DNA from: an uncultured Gemmatimonadales bacterium
GTDB taxonomy: Bacteria > Gemmatimonadota > Gemmatimonadetes > Gemmatimonadales > GWC2-71-9
DNA length: 64,000 nt
Assembly: GCA_963748815.1 (NCBI GenBank)
Contig: CAVVKJ010000010.1
Span: 160,001 to 224,000 of the forward strand
Direction of reading: 5' to 3'
Each line of letters begins with the position of its first letter. Position 1 is the first letter of the stretch. A program made the translations under genes and the position numbers. The notes under the pieces were generated by a model. The model had not been told where the DNA came from, did no database searches, and worked only from the letters and a program-made list of their open reading frames with translations. This document shows positions 27,261 through 35,704 of this stretch, in pieces.

Positions 27261-27959
27261 CTATCTGGTCAACTGCCATCTAGTACAAACGTCGACGCTC
27301 ACTCTGACCTCGCCCGGCGTAAGATCTGCGATTGAGGAGCGCACCGACGAAGCACCGACCACCGTAATCTCAGAAACATTGACATTGCCGAAACGATCGA
27401 CAGTACACCGAGCCGTCGAGACGTCGAGCAGCAGCCCAAGCTGGCCTCCAGCAGCTTTTGCGAGCACAAGCGCATCTCGCCGGGCCGCATCGACTGCCTC
27501 AGCAAGTAGGCGCTCGCGTGCCACGGCGGCGCTATCAGATTCGAAGTCGATTCTGCTCACCTCGGTCGCGCCTGCCGCGAGGGCCGAATCGATCACCAGC
27601 CCTAGTCTGTCGAGTGGTTGGACAACGATAGTAATTGCTGCGGACGCCTGGTAGAAGAGCAGCTTTTGTGTTTCATAGTCTGAGTTACCACGAACCATGA
27701 ATGACACCAATTGAACTTGAGTGTCACTGAGGCCTTGCCGACGCATCGACTCCATGATCCGGCGCTGCCGCAGCCCATTCTCTGCGGATGCCTCGGAGGC
27801 TGAAGAGCCGCGCGTCTCAACCTCTAGGTGGACCTCAGCCCAACTTGGAGGCAGACTCGCTTGGCGGCTGCCCATCGTGGTGATGACGCTGGTCGGGACC
27901 TCCTGGGCCTGGGCACCAGCGGGGAGAAGCGTGGCCAGAATTAGAAGGGCGCTTCGCAT
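27261..27959 (-). CDS. SIMPL (DUF541) domain protein (cassette)
   Basis: Signal peptide; LGLVIDSALAAGATEV, LAEAVDAARRDA..LAKAAG..LG, LTPGEVRVSVDV. Confidence 0.88.
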   Translation of the reverse strand: MRSALLILATLLPAGAQAQEVPTSVITTMGSRQASLPPSWAEVHLEVETRGSSASEASAENGLRQRRIMESMRRQGLSDTQVQLVSFMVRGNSDYETQKLLFYQASAAITIVVQPLDRLGLVIDSALAAGATEVSRIDFESDSAAVARERLLAEAVDAARRDALVLAKAAGGQLGLLLDVSTARCTVDRFGNVNVSEITVVGASSVRSSIADLTPGEVRVSVDVCTRWQLTR

Positions 27960-27984
27960 AGTGGCTCGAGGTGATGAGGTCGCT

Positions 27985-28112
27985 GTCTAACGAATGGCGC
28001 ATCAGCTGCGAGGGCGCTCGCGGCAGCCGCCGCGCAGCCTCGCATCTAGTATAAAGCGCGGCGGCTGCCGCAGATAGAGCGCGCCCTCGACAGCTGCATG
28101 CGCTGGTTAGGT
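27985..28112 (-). repeat. attC site (128 bp family)
   Basis: GTCTAAC...GTTAGGT. Confidence 0.93.
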
Positions 28113-28152
28113 GGCGGGGCCGAACACTGAGCCGACTATCCCCGCCCCAGGG

Positions 28153-28632
28153 CTAGGGGGCGGCGCCCTGTGTGACAACATAGGAATTCGATGTCACTGT
28201 ACGCGGTGTGGATTCATAGAGGTACTGCCATTCCATCTTGATCCGATACGTCCCCGGCGCATCTGCCGCGTCCAAGGGAACCGGCGGCACGAGAGTGGAA
28301 CTCAGGGACTGGAGCACAAAGGGCTCATGCTCCGTCGGTTCGCAGACGACCGGGGGGAACGGTCCTGGCGCCCAACTCCCATCCAGCTGTTGCTGCTCCC
28401 ATCGAAGCACAGCGCTAAACGGGAACACATCCGAGAGGCAGAGCTGGAACTGAATGTCCACCGGAGTGGCATTCTGAAGTGTCAACTGCAAGGGCGTGTT
28501 GGGAGCACCTGGGACCATCACGTAGGTCTTGGCGTCCGTGGCGAGCGTAACGGTCCCCGAGGGATCCGTTGATGAACAGGCCACTTGGAAGCCCAGCAAC
28601 AGCAGAGAGGATGCTAGGTGGAATGGGCGCAT
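28153..28632 (-). CDS. Lipoprotein with Ig-like domain (first cassette)
   Basis: Lipobox QVAC; TLATDAKTY, PGTYRI, VTSNSYVV. Confidence 0.72.
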   Translation of the reverse strand: MRPFHLASSLLLLGFQVACSSTDPSGTVTLATDAKTYVMVPGAPNTPLQLTLQNATPVDIQFQLCLSDVFPFSAVLRWEQQQLDGSWAPGPFPPVVCEPTEHEPFVLQSLSSTLVPPVPLDAADAPGTYRIKMEWQYLYESTPRTVTSNSYVVTQGAAP

Positions 28633-28743
28633 GGGGGCAGCCTCTCGCGGTCGATGTTTGATGGCCTAGTGTCGGGGTCGGGGCAGATGCCGGCGAAGCG
28701 GGGATATCTGTACCACACCCACACGTCGGCAACGGGCCACGCC

Positions 28744-28870
28744 ACCTAACGTACATTGGACTGCAACCACTCAGAGGACGCCCCCGAGCAACCACTGCGG
28801 CCCGTTGCAGTCCAATCCAATGGTATGTGAAGGGGCGCGGTTTGGAAAGACTGCAACGACTGCAGCCTAA
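28744..28870 (-). other. Candidate attI-like site heading the array
   Basis: G/TTAGGT core at 28750-28744 matches the first cassette's R''; upstream sequence is not the attC family; GACTGCAAC occurs three times (two direct, one inverted). Confidence 0.5.
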
Positions 28871-28955
28871 TACGTAAACGCTGCAGCGGCCGAGTACCCA
28901 AATAACGGCGAAGCGACCGCCGCCTGCCGACCCGACTCCCCGACCCATCAAAAGG

Positions 28956-29345
28956 TCAATCGGCCTCGGCCAGCTGATACTCAAACTGGTAGCTGTGCTT
29001 CCCACCCTCGACAATAATCTGCATCGATCCTGACAACCCCACCAACCCGCCGGTCCCCGAGTCAGGCACCACCGTCAGCACGAGGCTCGGTTCCCCCCGG
29101 GTCATCGTCCCGCTGTGCTGCAGGACAAACGACCCGTCGCGCCCGCCGAGCGTCCCGGTGACCTGCTCCATGGCCACATACCCCGCCGAGCCCTTCACCG
29201 TCGTATTGAACGCCAGCATGTGCCCCTTGCTGGTGGCCTCGAGGTCGCCGTGAAACGTCTTGTCGAGGGCCAGGCTCCCGATGGGGGAGTCCTCGGCGAG
29301 CGGCTGCGGGGTCATCTTGACATTAAAGGGACCGCTGGCGGTCAT
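28956..29345 (-). CDS. DUF3224 family protein
   Basis: KTFHGDL, SAGYVAME, GSFVLQH, VVPDSGTG.L.GLSG. Confidence 0.9.
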   Translation of the reverse strand: MTASGPFNVKMTPQPLAEDSPIGSLALDKTFHGDLEATSKGHMLAFNTTVKGSAGYVAMEQVTGTLGGRDGSFVLQHSGTMTRGEPSLVLTVVPDSGTGGLVGLSGSMQIIVEGGKHSYQFEYQLAEAD

Positions 29346-29397
29346 AGGGCCTCACCGCGTTGAGTGAATCGTGGGAAGACCCGGGAAGACTAATGTC

Positions 29398-29433
29398 ACG
29401 CCCCGACCAGCGGAAACCAGCGAGTCGGGGCGT
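29398..29433 (-). terminator. GC hairpin, possible terminator
   Basis: ACGCCCCGAC...GTCGGGGCGT; shares 16 bp with the hairpin at 13321. Confidence 0.4.
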
Positions 29434-29537
29434 CACGGCCAGTGGATCTGACTTTCGCGAGCGACGCCATGGAAAATGCCGTCGTATACCGGGTCCGTCT
29501 TGCAACTGATATTCTGCGCATCGGCGCAGGCGATGGC

Positions 29538-30053
29538 TCAGATTGCCGTCTTGCGATGGGTGACCAGGCGCAGCGCCGCGTTCACCCCGGCGTGGAGCAG
29601 CATGTAGACCAGGATCGCGATTGCGACCGGGATGGCGAGCGTGAACCCCTCCGCGCTCGGACTGGCGACGATGCCCCGAAACGGCTGGTACAGCGGATAG
29701 GTCACGCCGTTGATGAACTGCACGAAGCCGCTGCTCGACCGGGCGGCGATGAGCGCCAGCGCCATCCGCAGTCCGAGCAGCGCGTAGACGAGGTAAAACG
29801 CGTAATCCACGTACTGGGAGATGCGCGCCGCGCCCCGGGAGCGACTCACCTGGTGCTCCGTTGCCAGTGTCTCGTCCAGCGCTCGGCCTCGGAACTCGTC
29901 GGCCGCCTTTCCGACGCGGTCGGCCTGGGTCGCGGTCGCGGTGCGGGCGTGTCCCTCGATCTCGGCGTTCACTTCGCGTTCGATGTGCGTCTTGACCGAT
30001 CCATGCTGTGCCACGCGACGGGCTTCGTCGGCGGCCACGTTGTCATTGGACAT
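29538..30053 (-). CDS. YggT-like membrane protein
   Basis: LLGLRMALALIAA..GFVQFINGVTYPLYQPFRGI; start ATG 30053. Confidence 0.72.
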   Translation of the reverse strand: MSNDNVAADEARRVAQHGSVKTHIEREVNAEIEGHARTATATQADRVGKAADEFRGRALDETLATEHQVSRSRGAARISQYVDYAFYLVYALLGLRMALALIAARSSSGFVQFINGVTYPLYQPFRGIVASPSAEGFTLAIPVAIAILVYMLLHAGVNAALRLVTHRKTAI

Positions 30054-30421
30054 CGCTGTCTCCGGGGTTGAACCTGTGCGTCCCTCACATCGGCACTCTT
30101 CCCGATGCGCGTGAGACGCTAGTCCCGAACAGTCTCCGGTTCGATGCGAGGTGACAATCCCTCGTTGGATGGGCGTGACTCGCTCCAAGGAGCGAGTCAC
30201 GGCGGCACCATATCTTCCGGCATTGGTTGCCGACCGCCGTCCTGCGCCGTATTTTGCCTGAATCACCGTGGGCATCCTCCCACCGATGCCGTCCCGAGGA
30301 GAGACAGTATGGCTGTGGGTTGCTCCGTCTGCACGTCACCAACTTCTCAAGGCTGCAGTCTTCCCGACCACCCGCAGGGGCGGTCGGTCCTCGCGCGCCT
30401 GTTGTCGCCAACGGTGTTCCT

Positions 30422-31150
30422 GTGAAGCAACGCCCGCAGCGGAAGCCAGCCAAGAAGCGTGCCCGTCCCGCGGCGCCACCTCGCCCCCCGATTTCGCTGG
30501 TGCTCATCGACGACAACCGGCTCCTCCGTGAGGGGCTGACCGCGATGATCCACGCCCAGCCAGGCTTCCGCGTGCTGGCCGCGTCGGCAGACGTCGAGGA
30601 GGCGCTCGCCCGCGTGCGCGAAGCGCGGCCGGACGTCGTCCTCCTGGATTTCGGGCTCGCCGATCATGACAGTCTTGGCCTGACCGCCACGGTCCGCGCC
30701 GAGGTCCCTTCCGCCCGGGTAATCGTGATGGGCCTCCTGCCGCTGCAGGAGTACGTGGCGGACTACGTGCGCGCGGGGGCCTCCGGGTTCATCATGCTGG
30801 ACGCCTCATTCGACGAATTCTTCGAGACCATCCGGGCCGTGGCGGACGGGGCCGAGGTGCTGCCCAGGGCGCTCACAAATTCGCTCTTCACCCAGATTGT
30901 CCGAAATGTGCCGATGCCCACCAAGGCGCGTGCGCTGGAATCGGTGCGCCTGACCGTGCGGGAGCAGGAGATCGTCGCCCTGCTCGGGGAGGGGCTGAGC
31001 AACAAGGAAATCGCCGCCCGCATGGGGGTCGCGCTGCACACCGTCAAGAGCCACGTCCACAATGTGCTCGAAAAGCTGGCTCTGAACAGTCGCCTCGAGG
31101 TGGCGGCATTCTCGCACGGCCGGGACCGGACCGAACCGCCCCTCGAGTAG
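30422..31150 (+). CDS. NarL/LuxR family response regulator
   Basis: LIDDN, PDVVLLD, LTVREQEI..L.EGLSNKEIA, TVKSHVHNVLEKL; GTG start inferred. Confidence 0.92.
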   Translation: MKQRPQRKPAKKRARPAAPPRPPISLVLIDDNRLLREGLTAMIHAQPGFRVLAASADVEEALARVREARPDVVLLDFGLADHDSLGLTATVRAEVPSARVIVMGLLPLQEYVADYVRAGASGFIMLDASFDEFFETIRAVADGAEVLPRALTNSLFTQIVRNVPMPTKARALESVRLTVREQEIVALLGEGLSNKEIAARMGVALHTVKSHVHNVLEKLALNSRLEVAAFSHGRDRTEPPLE

Positions 31151-31407
31151 CCTCCCCTCGGCCTCCCCTCGGCCTCCCGCGCGCCTCCCCCGTCCTTCGA
31201 ACTAGTCCCAAGTCCAGCACAACGAGCGATACCTCCGCCACGGCGGAATGCGTAGCGTTCCCTCGTACCGCTCGTCCCGACACTCCCAGGTTCGAGAGGA
31301 GTGGCGGGCAAGATCATCGGCGGAGGAGCCCCGGCACCTGCTGGAATTCCCATCCGAGGTCGAGTAGTGCCGGCGCGGACGCGCCGTTCCAGTCACTCGA
31401 GGTCACG

Positions 31408-32034
31408 ATGGCGAACATGATGATGGCCGGACTCGTTGCGATCAACTTCCTGGCCTGCGGGCAGGGCACCCCGGCGGGCACGGCCGGCACCACGGCCGCC
31501 AAGCCGACCCTGGCCAACGGCACCACCATCGACGTGACGACGTCACGGACGATCACGTCGCGGACCGACGAGGCAGGGCAGTCCCTGATGACCACGGTCG
31601 ACGCCGACGTCAAGAACAGCGCGGGACGCGTCGTCATCCCTGCCGGTTCCACCATCGAGCTGGTCATTTCGGAAATTTCGCCGGCCAAGACCAAGAGCGC
31701 GAAGGACGGCACCCTGACACTCCGTGTGGGCGACGTCACGGTCCATGGGAAGAGCTACCCCTTGGCCGCGGAGGTCACCGCGGTGTCGCATACCCTGAAG
31801 GGTCGGGGTGTGACGGTCGGTGAGGTGGAGAAGACCGCGGCGGGCACCGCCATCGGGGCGGTGGCGGGTCGCATCATCGGGGGCGACTCCAAGGGCACGA
31901 TCATCGGCGCCGCGGTCGGCACCGCGGGGGGTGCCATCGTGGCCAATGAGACGGCCAGCCGTGACGTGGTCATCGCGGCCGGATCGCCCATCACGCTGAC
32001 CCTGACCGGCCCGCTGACCGTGGCGGCACGATGA
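31408..32034 (+). CDS. Glycine-zipper lipoprotein
   Basis: FLAC lipobox; GTAIGAVAGRIIGG..KGTIIGAAVG. Confidence 0.8.
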   Translation: MANMMMAGLVAINFLACGQGTPAGTAGTTAAKPTLANGTTIDVTTSRTITSRTDEAGQSLMTTVDADVKNSAGRVVIPAGSTIELVISEISPAKTKSAKDGTLTLRVGDVTVHGKSYPLAAEVTAVSHTLKGRGVTVGEVEKTAAGTAIGAVAGRIIGGDSKGTIIGAAVGTAGGAIVANETASRDVVIAAGSPITLTLTGPLTVAAR

Positions 32035-32252
32035 ACCGCTCCGTGAGCCTGGCCGTCGGCGTCGCCCTCATCGTCCTCGGCGCGTTTGTCTTCTTCCGGG
32101 GCGCCAACGTCTCCTCCCGGAAGGATGTGCTGACCGTGGGCGATGTGAAGCTCACCGCCCAGGAATCGCGTGCAGTCCCCCCGTGGGCGGCGGGGATCGC
32201 CATCGCAGCCGGAGTCGTGCTGGTCGTGGCCGGCGCGCGGCAGCGGTCGTGA
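32031..32252 (+). CDS. Small 2-TM protein
   Basis: ATGA overlap; two hydrophobic helices. Confidence 0.75.
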   Translation: MNRSVSLAVGVALIVLGAFVFFRGANVSSRKDVLTVGDVKLTAQESRAVPPWAAGIAIAAGVVLVVAGARQRS

Positions 32253-32410
32253 AACCAGCCAAGCAGGCCAAGAAGGCACTCCGGACGGCGCGGAAAGCGG
32301 TGGCCCCTGCGGTGGAGCTGACGCGGAACGCGGCCCGCGAGGTCTTCAAGAAGGTCAAGGCGGCCCACAAGGCCTCCACGAAGGCCGTCAAGAAGGGGCT
32401 CGCCTCGTGA
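32249..32410 (+). CDS. Small Lys/Ala-rich basic protein (53 aa)
   Basis: GTGA overlap at both ends; host-like codon usage. Confidence 0.6.
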   Translation: MKPAKQAKKALRTARKAVAPAVELTRNAAREVFKKVKAAHKASTKAVKKGLAS

Positions 32411-32517
32411 TCGAGGGACCAGAGTGGAACCTCGGGTGGACCTGGACGTCGGTCGTCCTCGGCATCCTCGCGGTGCTCTTCCTGGTTCCGGTGATCGGCA
32501 AGCTGATCAAGAAGTAG
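32407..32517 (+). CDS. 36-aa single-TM protein
   Basis: GTGA overlap; MIEGPEWNLGWTWTSVVLGILAVLFLVPVIGKLIKK. Confidence 0.6.
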   Translation: MIEGPEWNLGWTWTSVVLGILAVLFLVPVIGKLIKK

Positions 32518-32551
32518 TCTCTCAACGCGGACTCCGGTCCGGGAGTGTCTC

Positions 32552-32809
32552 ATGGACATCGTCACCTGGCTGATCGTCGGCCTCATCGCTGGACTGCTCG
32601 CGAGTTTCGCCATCGGAGGTGTGGGGTACGGCATTCTCGGCGATATCGTGGTCGGCATTGTCGGTGCGGTCATCGGCGGGTGGTTGTTCGACCGCCTGGA
32701 CATCGCCGCCCCGTGGGGTGGCATGGCCGGCGTGATTTTCGTGGCGTTTATCGGCGCGGTGGTCCTGCTGCTCGGACTGCGTGCCATGCGTCCGATGCGA
32801 TCGCGATAG
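32552..32809 (+). CDS. GlsB/YeaQ/YmgE stress-response membrane protein
   Basis: WLIVGLIAGLLAS, DIVVGIVGAVIGGWLF, AFIGAVVLL. Confidence 0.92.
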   Translation: MDIVTWLIVGLIAGLLASFAIGGVGYGILGDIVVGIVGAVIGGWLFDRLDIAAPWGGMAGVIFVAFIGAVVLLLGLRAMRPMRSR

Positions 32810-32868
32810 ACAGCGCCGGCGGGTCCCGCCGGGCACACGCACAGCACTCATCTCGAAGGAACAGCCAC

Positions 32869-33324
32869 ATGACATCACGACGCACCACGCTGGCCCTGAG
32901 CCTCCTGTTCGGCCTCATCTTTGCCGGAGCCGCCGAGGCGCAAGACCACTCGCTGCACCTCGGTCCCCGGCTGTCCTACCAGTTCGACGCCGAAGAGCTT
33001 GGTGTGGGTGCGCAGTTCAGCGTGCCGATCGCCAAGCAACTGGAGTTCTACCCGTCGATCGACGTCTTCTTCACGAGTCCCAGTTCGCTCTGGAGCTTCA
33101 ACATCGACCTGAAGTGGCGGGTCGCGCCGGCGTCGGTAAGCTGGCTCTACCTCGGCACCGGGCTCAACGTGATGGACGGCGCCGGGGATTCGAACGCGGG
33201 GCTCAACCTGTTCGGCGGCATCCAATCGGTCACGGGCCGGATTCATCCCTTCGCCGAAATGCGGTTCGTGGTGAGCGACAACTCCACTGCCCAGCTCGCC
33301 GCCGGCCTCAACTTCACGCTCTAG
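32869..33324 (+). CDS. Small outer-membrane beta-barrel protein
   Basis: AAGGA RBS, signal peptide, alternating beta strands, C-terminal AGLNFTL. Confidence 0.8.
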   Translation: MTSRRTTLALSLLFGLIFAGAAEAQDHSLHLGPRLSYQFDAEELGVGAQFSVPIAKQLEFYPSIDVFFTSPSSLWSFNIDLKWRVAPASVSWLYLGTGLNVMDGAGDSNAGLNLFGGIQSVTGRIHPFAEMRFVVSDNSTAQLAAGLNFTL

Positions 33325-33354
33325 ACCGGTGTCGACCCCGCGGGCGACCGCCTC

Positions 33355-34398
33355 ATGACGACGCCCGGACTGCGGATGCCGACGAGCTTGCTCGTCGGCA
33401 TCTTCCTCATCCTCCTGACCGCGGCGCTGCGCCTCGGCGCGGGCCTCCTGATTCCGATTGCCATTGCCGGGATGTTTGCGATGCTGCTGAACCCCGCCGT
33501 CCGCGGCCTGCGGCGGTGGGGCGTGCCGACCGCTGTCGGGGCCTTCCTGGTGGTGTTTGGGACGGTGGGGGGACTGACGGGCGGGGCGGTCATGGTCGCG
33601 GGCCCGGCATCCGCTTGGGCGGCGTCGGCGCCCGCGGCCCTGACCAAAGCCCAGCGGAAGATCCGGCGCATGCTTCGGCCGATTCAGGAGACGGCACTCC
33701 AGGTCGAAAAGGCGACGGAGCCCGCCCCGCAGGCCGGCGCCCCCACGGTGCAAATCAAGACGCCCAGTTTGCTCCAACGCCTCCGGGTGAGCACCACCAA
33801 CCTCGTCGTCTCGATCGTGACGGTGGTATTCCTGACCTATTTCCTGCTGGCGATGCTGCCGCGATTCCGGAACAAGCTGGCAGACCTGATCGGGGACGTG
33901 GCCGGGAAAGAGAACATGGCGTCGGTCCTGGGAGAAATCGAAACCCAGATGTCGCGGTATCTGCTCCTGAACACGGCGACCAGCGCCGGGGTCGGGATGG
34001 CGACCTGGGCGCTGCTTGCGGCGGCGGGGCTGCCCAATGCCATCACGTGGGGCGTCGTGACCTTCGTCTTCAGCTTCATTCCGTACCTCGGCCCCGTGAT
34101 GGCCACGGTCTTGATCGGGCTCGCCGCCCTGGTCGCGTTCACCGAGACGAGTCAGGCGCTCCTAATCTTCTTCGGCTGTGGCGCGATTCACATGATCGAG
34201 GGGAATTTCGTGACGCCCCACCTGATGGGACGGCACCTCCCCCTGAATCCCGTGGCCGTGTTCCTGTGTTTGCTCTTCTGGGGTTGGGCCTGGGGACCGA
34301 TCGGCGCCATCCTGGCGGTGCCGATCACGGTCAGTTTGCAGGTCGTCTTCCTGCGCGTGGAGCGACTGCGTCCGCTCGCGGTCATGCTCGATCGCTGA
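33355..34398 (+). CDS. AI-2E family transporter
   Basis: FSFIPYLGP, EGNFVTPHLMG, LNPVAV, WGWAWGPIGAILAVP. Confidence 0.92.
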   Translation: MTTPGLRMPTSLLVGIFLILLTAALRLGAGLLIPIAIAGMFAMLLNPAVRGLRRWGVPTAVGAFLVVFGTVGGLTGGAVMVAGPASAWAASAPAALTKAQRKIRRMLRPIQETALQVEKATEPAPQAGAPTVQIKTPSLLQRLRVSTTNLVVSIVTVVFLTYFLLAMLPRFRNKLADLIGDVAGKENMASVLGEIETQMSRYLLLNTATSAGVGMATWALLAAAGLPNAITWGVVTFVFSFIPYLGPVMATVLIGLAALVAFTETSQALLIFFGCGAIHMIEGNFVTPHLMGRHLPLNPVAVFLCLLFWGWAWGPIGAILAVPITVSLQVVFLRVERLRPLAVMLDR

Positions 34399-34431
34399 GC
34401 GGACGTCGTCGAGTCCGCGGTGACGGCGGGC

Positions 34432-35688
34432 CTACACAAACTGCGCCGTTTCCGTGCTTCCCTCCAGCGCCAGCGTCGAGCTCTGGCCCGCCGACACGAC
34501 CTGCGCCACTGCATCGAAGTACCCGGCTCCCACCTCGCGCTGGTGCTTGGTGGCGGTGTAGCCGTGCGCTTCCGACGCGAACTCGGCCTGCTGCAGCTCG
34601 GAGTACGCCGTCATGGCCCGCTCCCGGTAATCCCGCGCCAGCTCGAACATCGAGTGGTTGATCGAGTGGAAGCCGGCCAGGGTCACGAACTGGAACTTGT
34701 AGCCCATTGCGGCCAGTTCCCGCTGGAACCTGGCGATCGTCGGCTTGTCGAGGTGCTTCTCCCAGTTGAAGGACGGGCTGCAGTTGTAGGCCATCAGCTT
34801 GCCCGGGAACTTCGCGTGCACTCCCTCCGCAAACTGCCGCGCCTCCTCGAGGTCCGGCGTGCTCGTCTCGCACCAGAGCAGGTCGGCGTATGGCGCGTAC
34901 TCGATGGCCCGCGCAATCGCCATGTCCACCCCATTCTTGATGTGATAGAAGCCCTCCGGCGTCCGCGGCTCGTCCTTGATGAACGGATGGTCGCGCGGGT
35001 CGGCGTCGCTGGTGATCAGGGTGGCCGAGTCCGCGTCGGTGCGCGCGATGATGAGCGTCGGCACGTCGGACACGTCCGCGGCCAGCCGCGCCGCCACCAG
35101 CGTCCGGATGAACTGGCTGGTCGGTACCAGCACCTTGCCGCCGAGGTGGCCGCACTTCTTCTCCGAACTGAGCTGGTCCTCGAAGTGCACCCCGGCCGCC
35201 CCCGCCTCGATCATCCCCTTCATCAGCTCGAAGGCGTTGAGCGGGCCACCGAACCCCGCCTCGGCGTCCGCCACGATCGGCGCGAACCAGTGCGTCTTGC
35301 TCGGCTTCCCCTCGGCGCTCTCGATCTGGTCGGCTCGCTGCAGCGCGTTATTGATCCGCCGCACCACCATCGGCACCGAATGCGCCGGATAGAGGCTCTG
35401 GTCGGGGTACATCGAGCAGGCGTCGTTGGCGTCCGCCGCCACCTGCCAGCCTGAGCAGTAGATGGCCGGCAAGCCTGCCCGCACCTGCTGCATCGCCTGG
35501 TTGCCGGTCAGCGCCCCCAGCGACTGCACATACTCCGTGGTGTGCAGCAGGTCCCAGAGCCGCTCCGCGCCGAGTCGGGCCAGGGTGTGCTCCACCCGCA
35601 CGCTGCCGCGAAGACGGGTGACGTCGGCGGGAGTGTAAGGGCGCTTGATGCCTGCCCAGCGGTTGCCGTTGCCATTGGTCGAAGACAT
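34432..35688 (-). CDS. aceA: Isocitrate lyase
   Basis: KKCGHLGGK signature; [18 protein letters not shown]. Confidence 0.98.
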   Translation of the reverse strand: MSSTNGNGNRWAGIKRPYTPADVTRLRGSVRVEHTLARLGAERLWDLLHTTEYVQSLGALTGNQAMQQVRAGLPAIYCSGWQVAADANDACSMYPDQSLYPAHSVPMVVRRINNALQRADQIESAEGKPSKTHWFAPIVADAEAGFGGPLNAFELMKGMIEAGAAGVHFEDQLSSEKKCGHLGGKVLVPTSQFIRTLVAARLAADVSDVPTLIIARTDADSATLITSDADPRDHPFIKDEPRTPEGFYHIKNGVDMAIARAIEYAPYADLLWCETSTPDLEEARQFAEGVHAKFPGKLMAYNCSPSFNWEKHLDKPTIARFQRELAAMGYKFQFVTLAGFHSINHSMFELARDYRERAMTAYSELQQAEFASEAHGYTATKHQREVGAGYFDAVAQVVSAGQSSTLALEGSTETAQFV

Positions 35689-35704
35689 GAGGGCTCTCAG
35701 TCGG

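Larger units (their letters stand above)
14735..28750 (-). mobile_element. Integron gene-cassette array lacking an integrase in the window (CALIN-like), about 12 cassettes
   Basis: Recurrent palindromic RYYYAAC...GTTRRRY sites separate co-oriented minus-strand genes; several stop codons overlap R''; TA cassettes present; no tyrosine recombinase recognised. Confidence 0.93.

Noticed and set aside
15927..27335. Recurring ORF peptides such as LTNGASAARALAAAAAR and MAHQLRGRSRQPPRDL
   Set aside because: These are translations of the attC repeat, not genes. They also falsely extend the N-termini of some cassette ORFs.
15253..28112. Repeats as a CRISPR array
   Set aside because: Repeats are about 128 bp, the spacers are whole genes of 0.5-6 kb, and no cas genes are present. 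The structure fits attC.
15253..28112. Repeats as MITE/IS ends
   Set aside because: No target-site duplications or transposase. All copies are co-oriented, one per cassette boundary, with cassette-specific end pairing.
29346..31150. Integrase expected next to the array head
   Set aside because: ORFs here are YggT-like and a response regulator. No tyrosine-recombinase motifs were seen in any listed frame.
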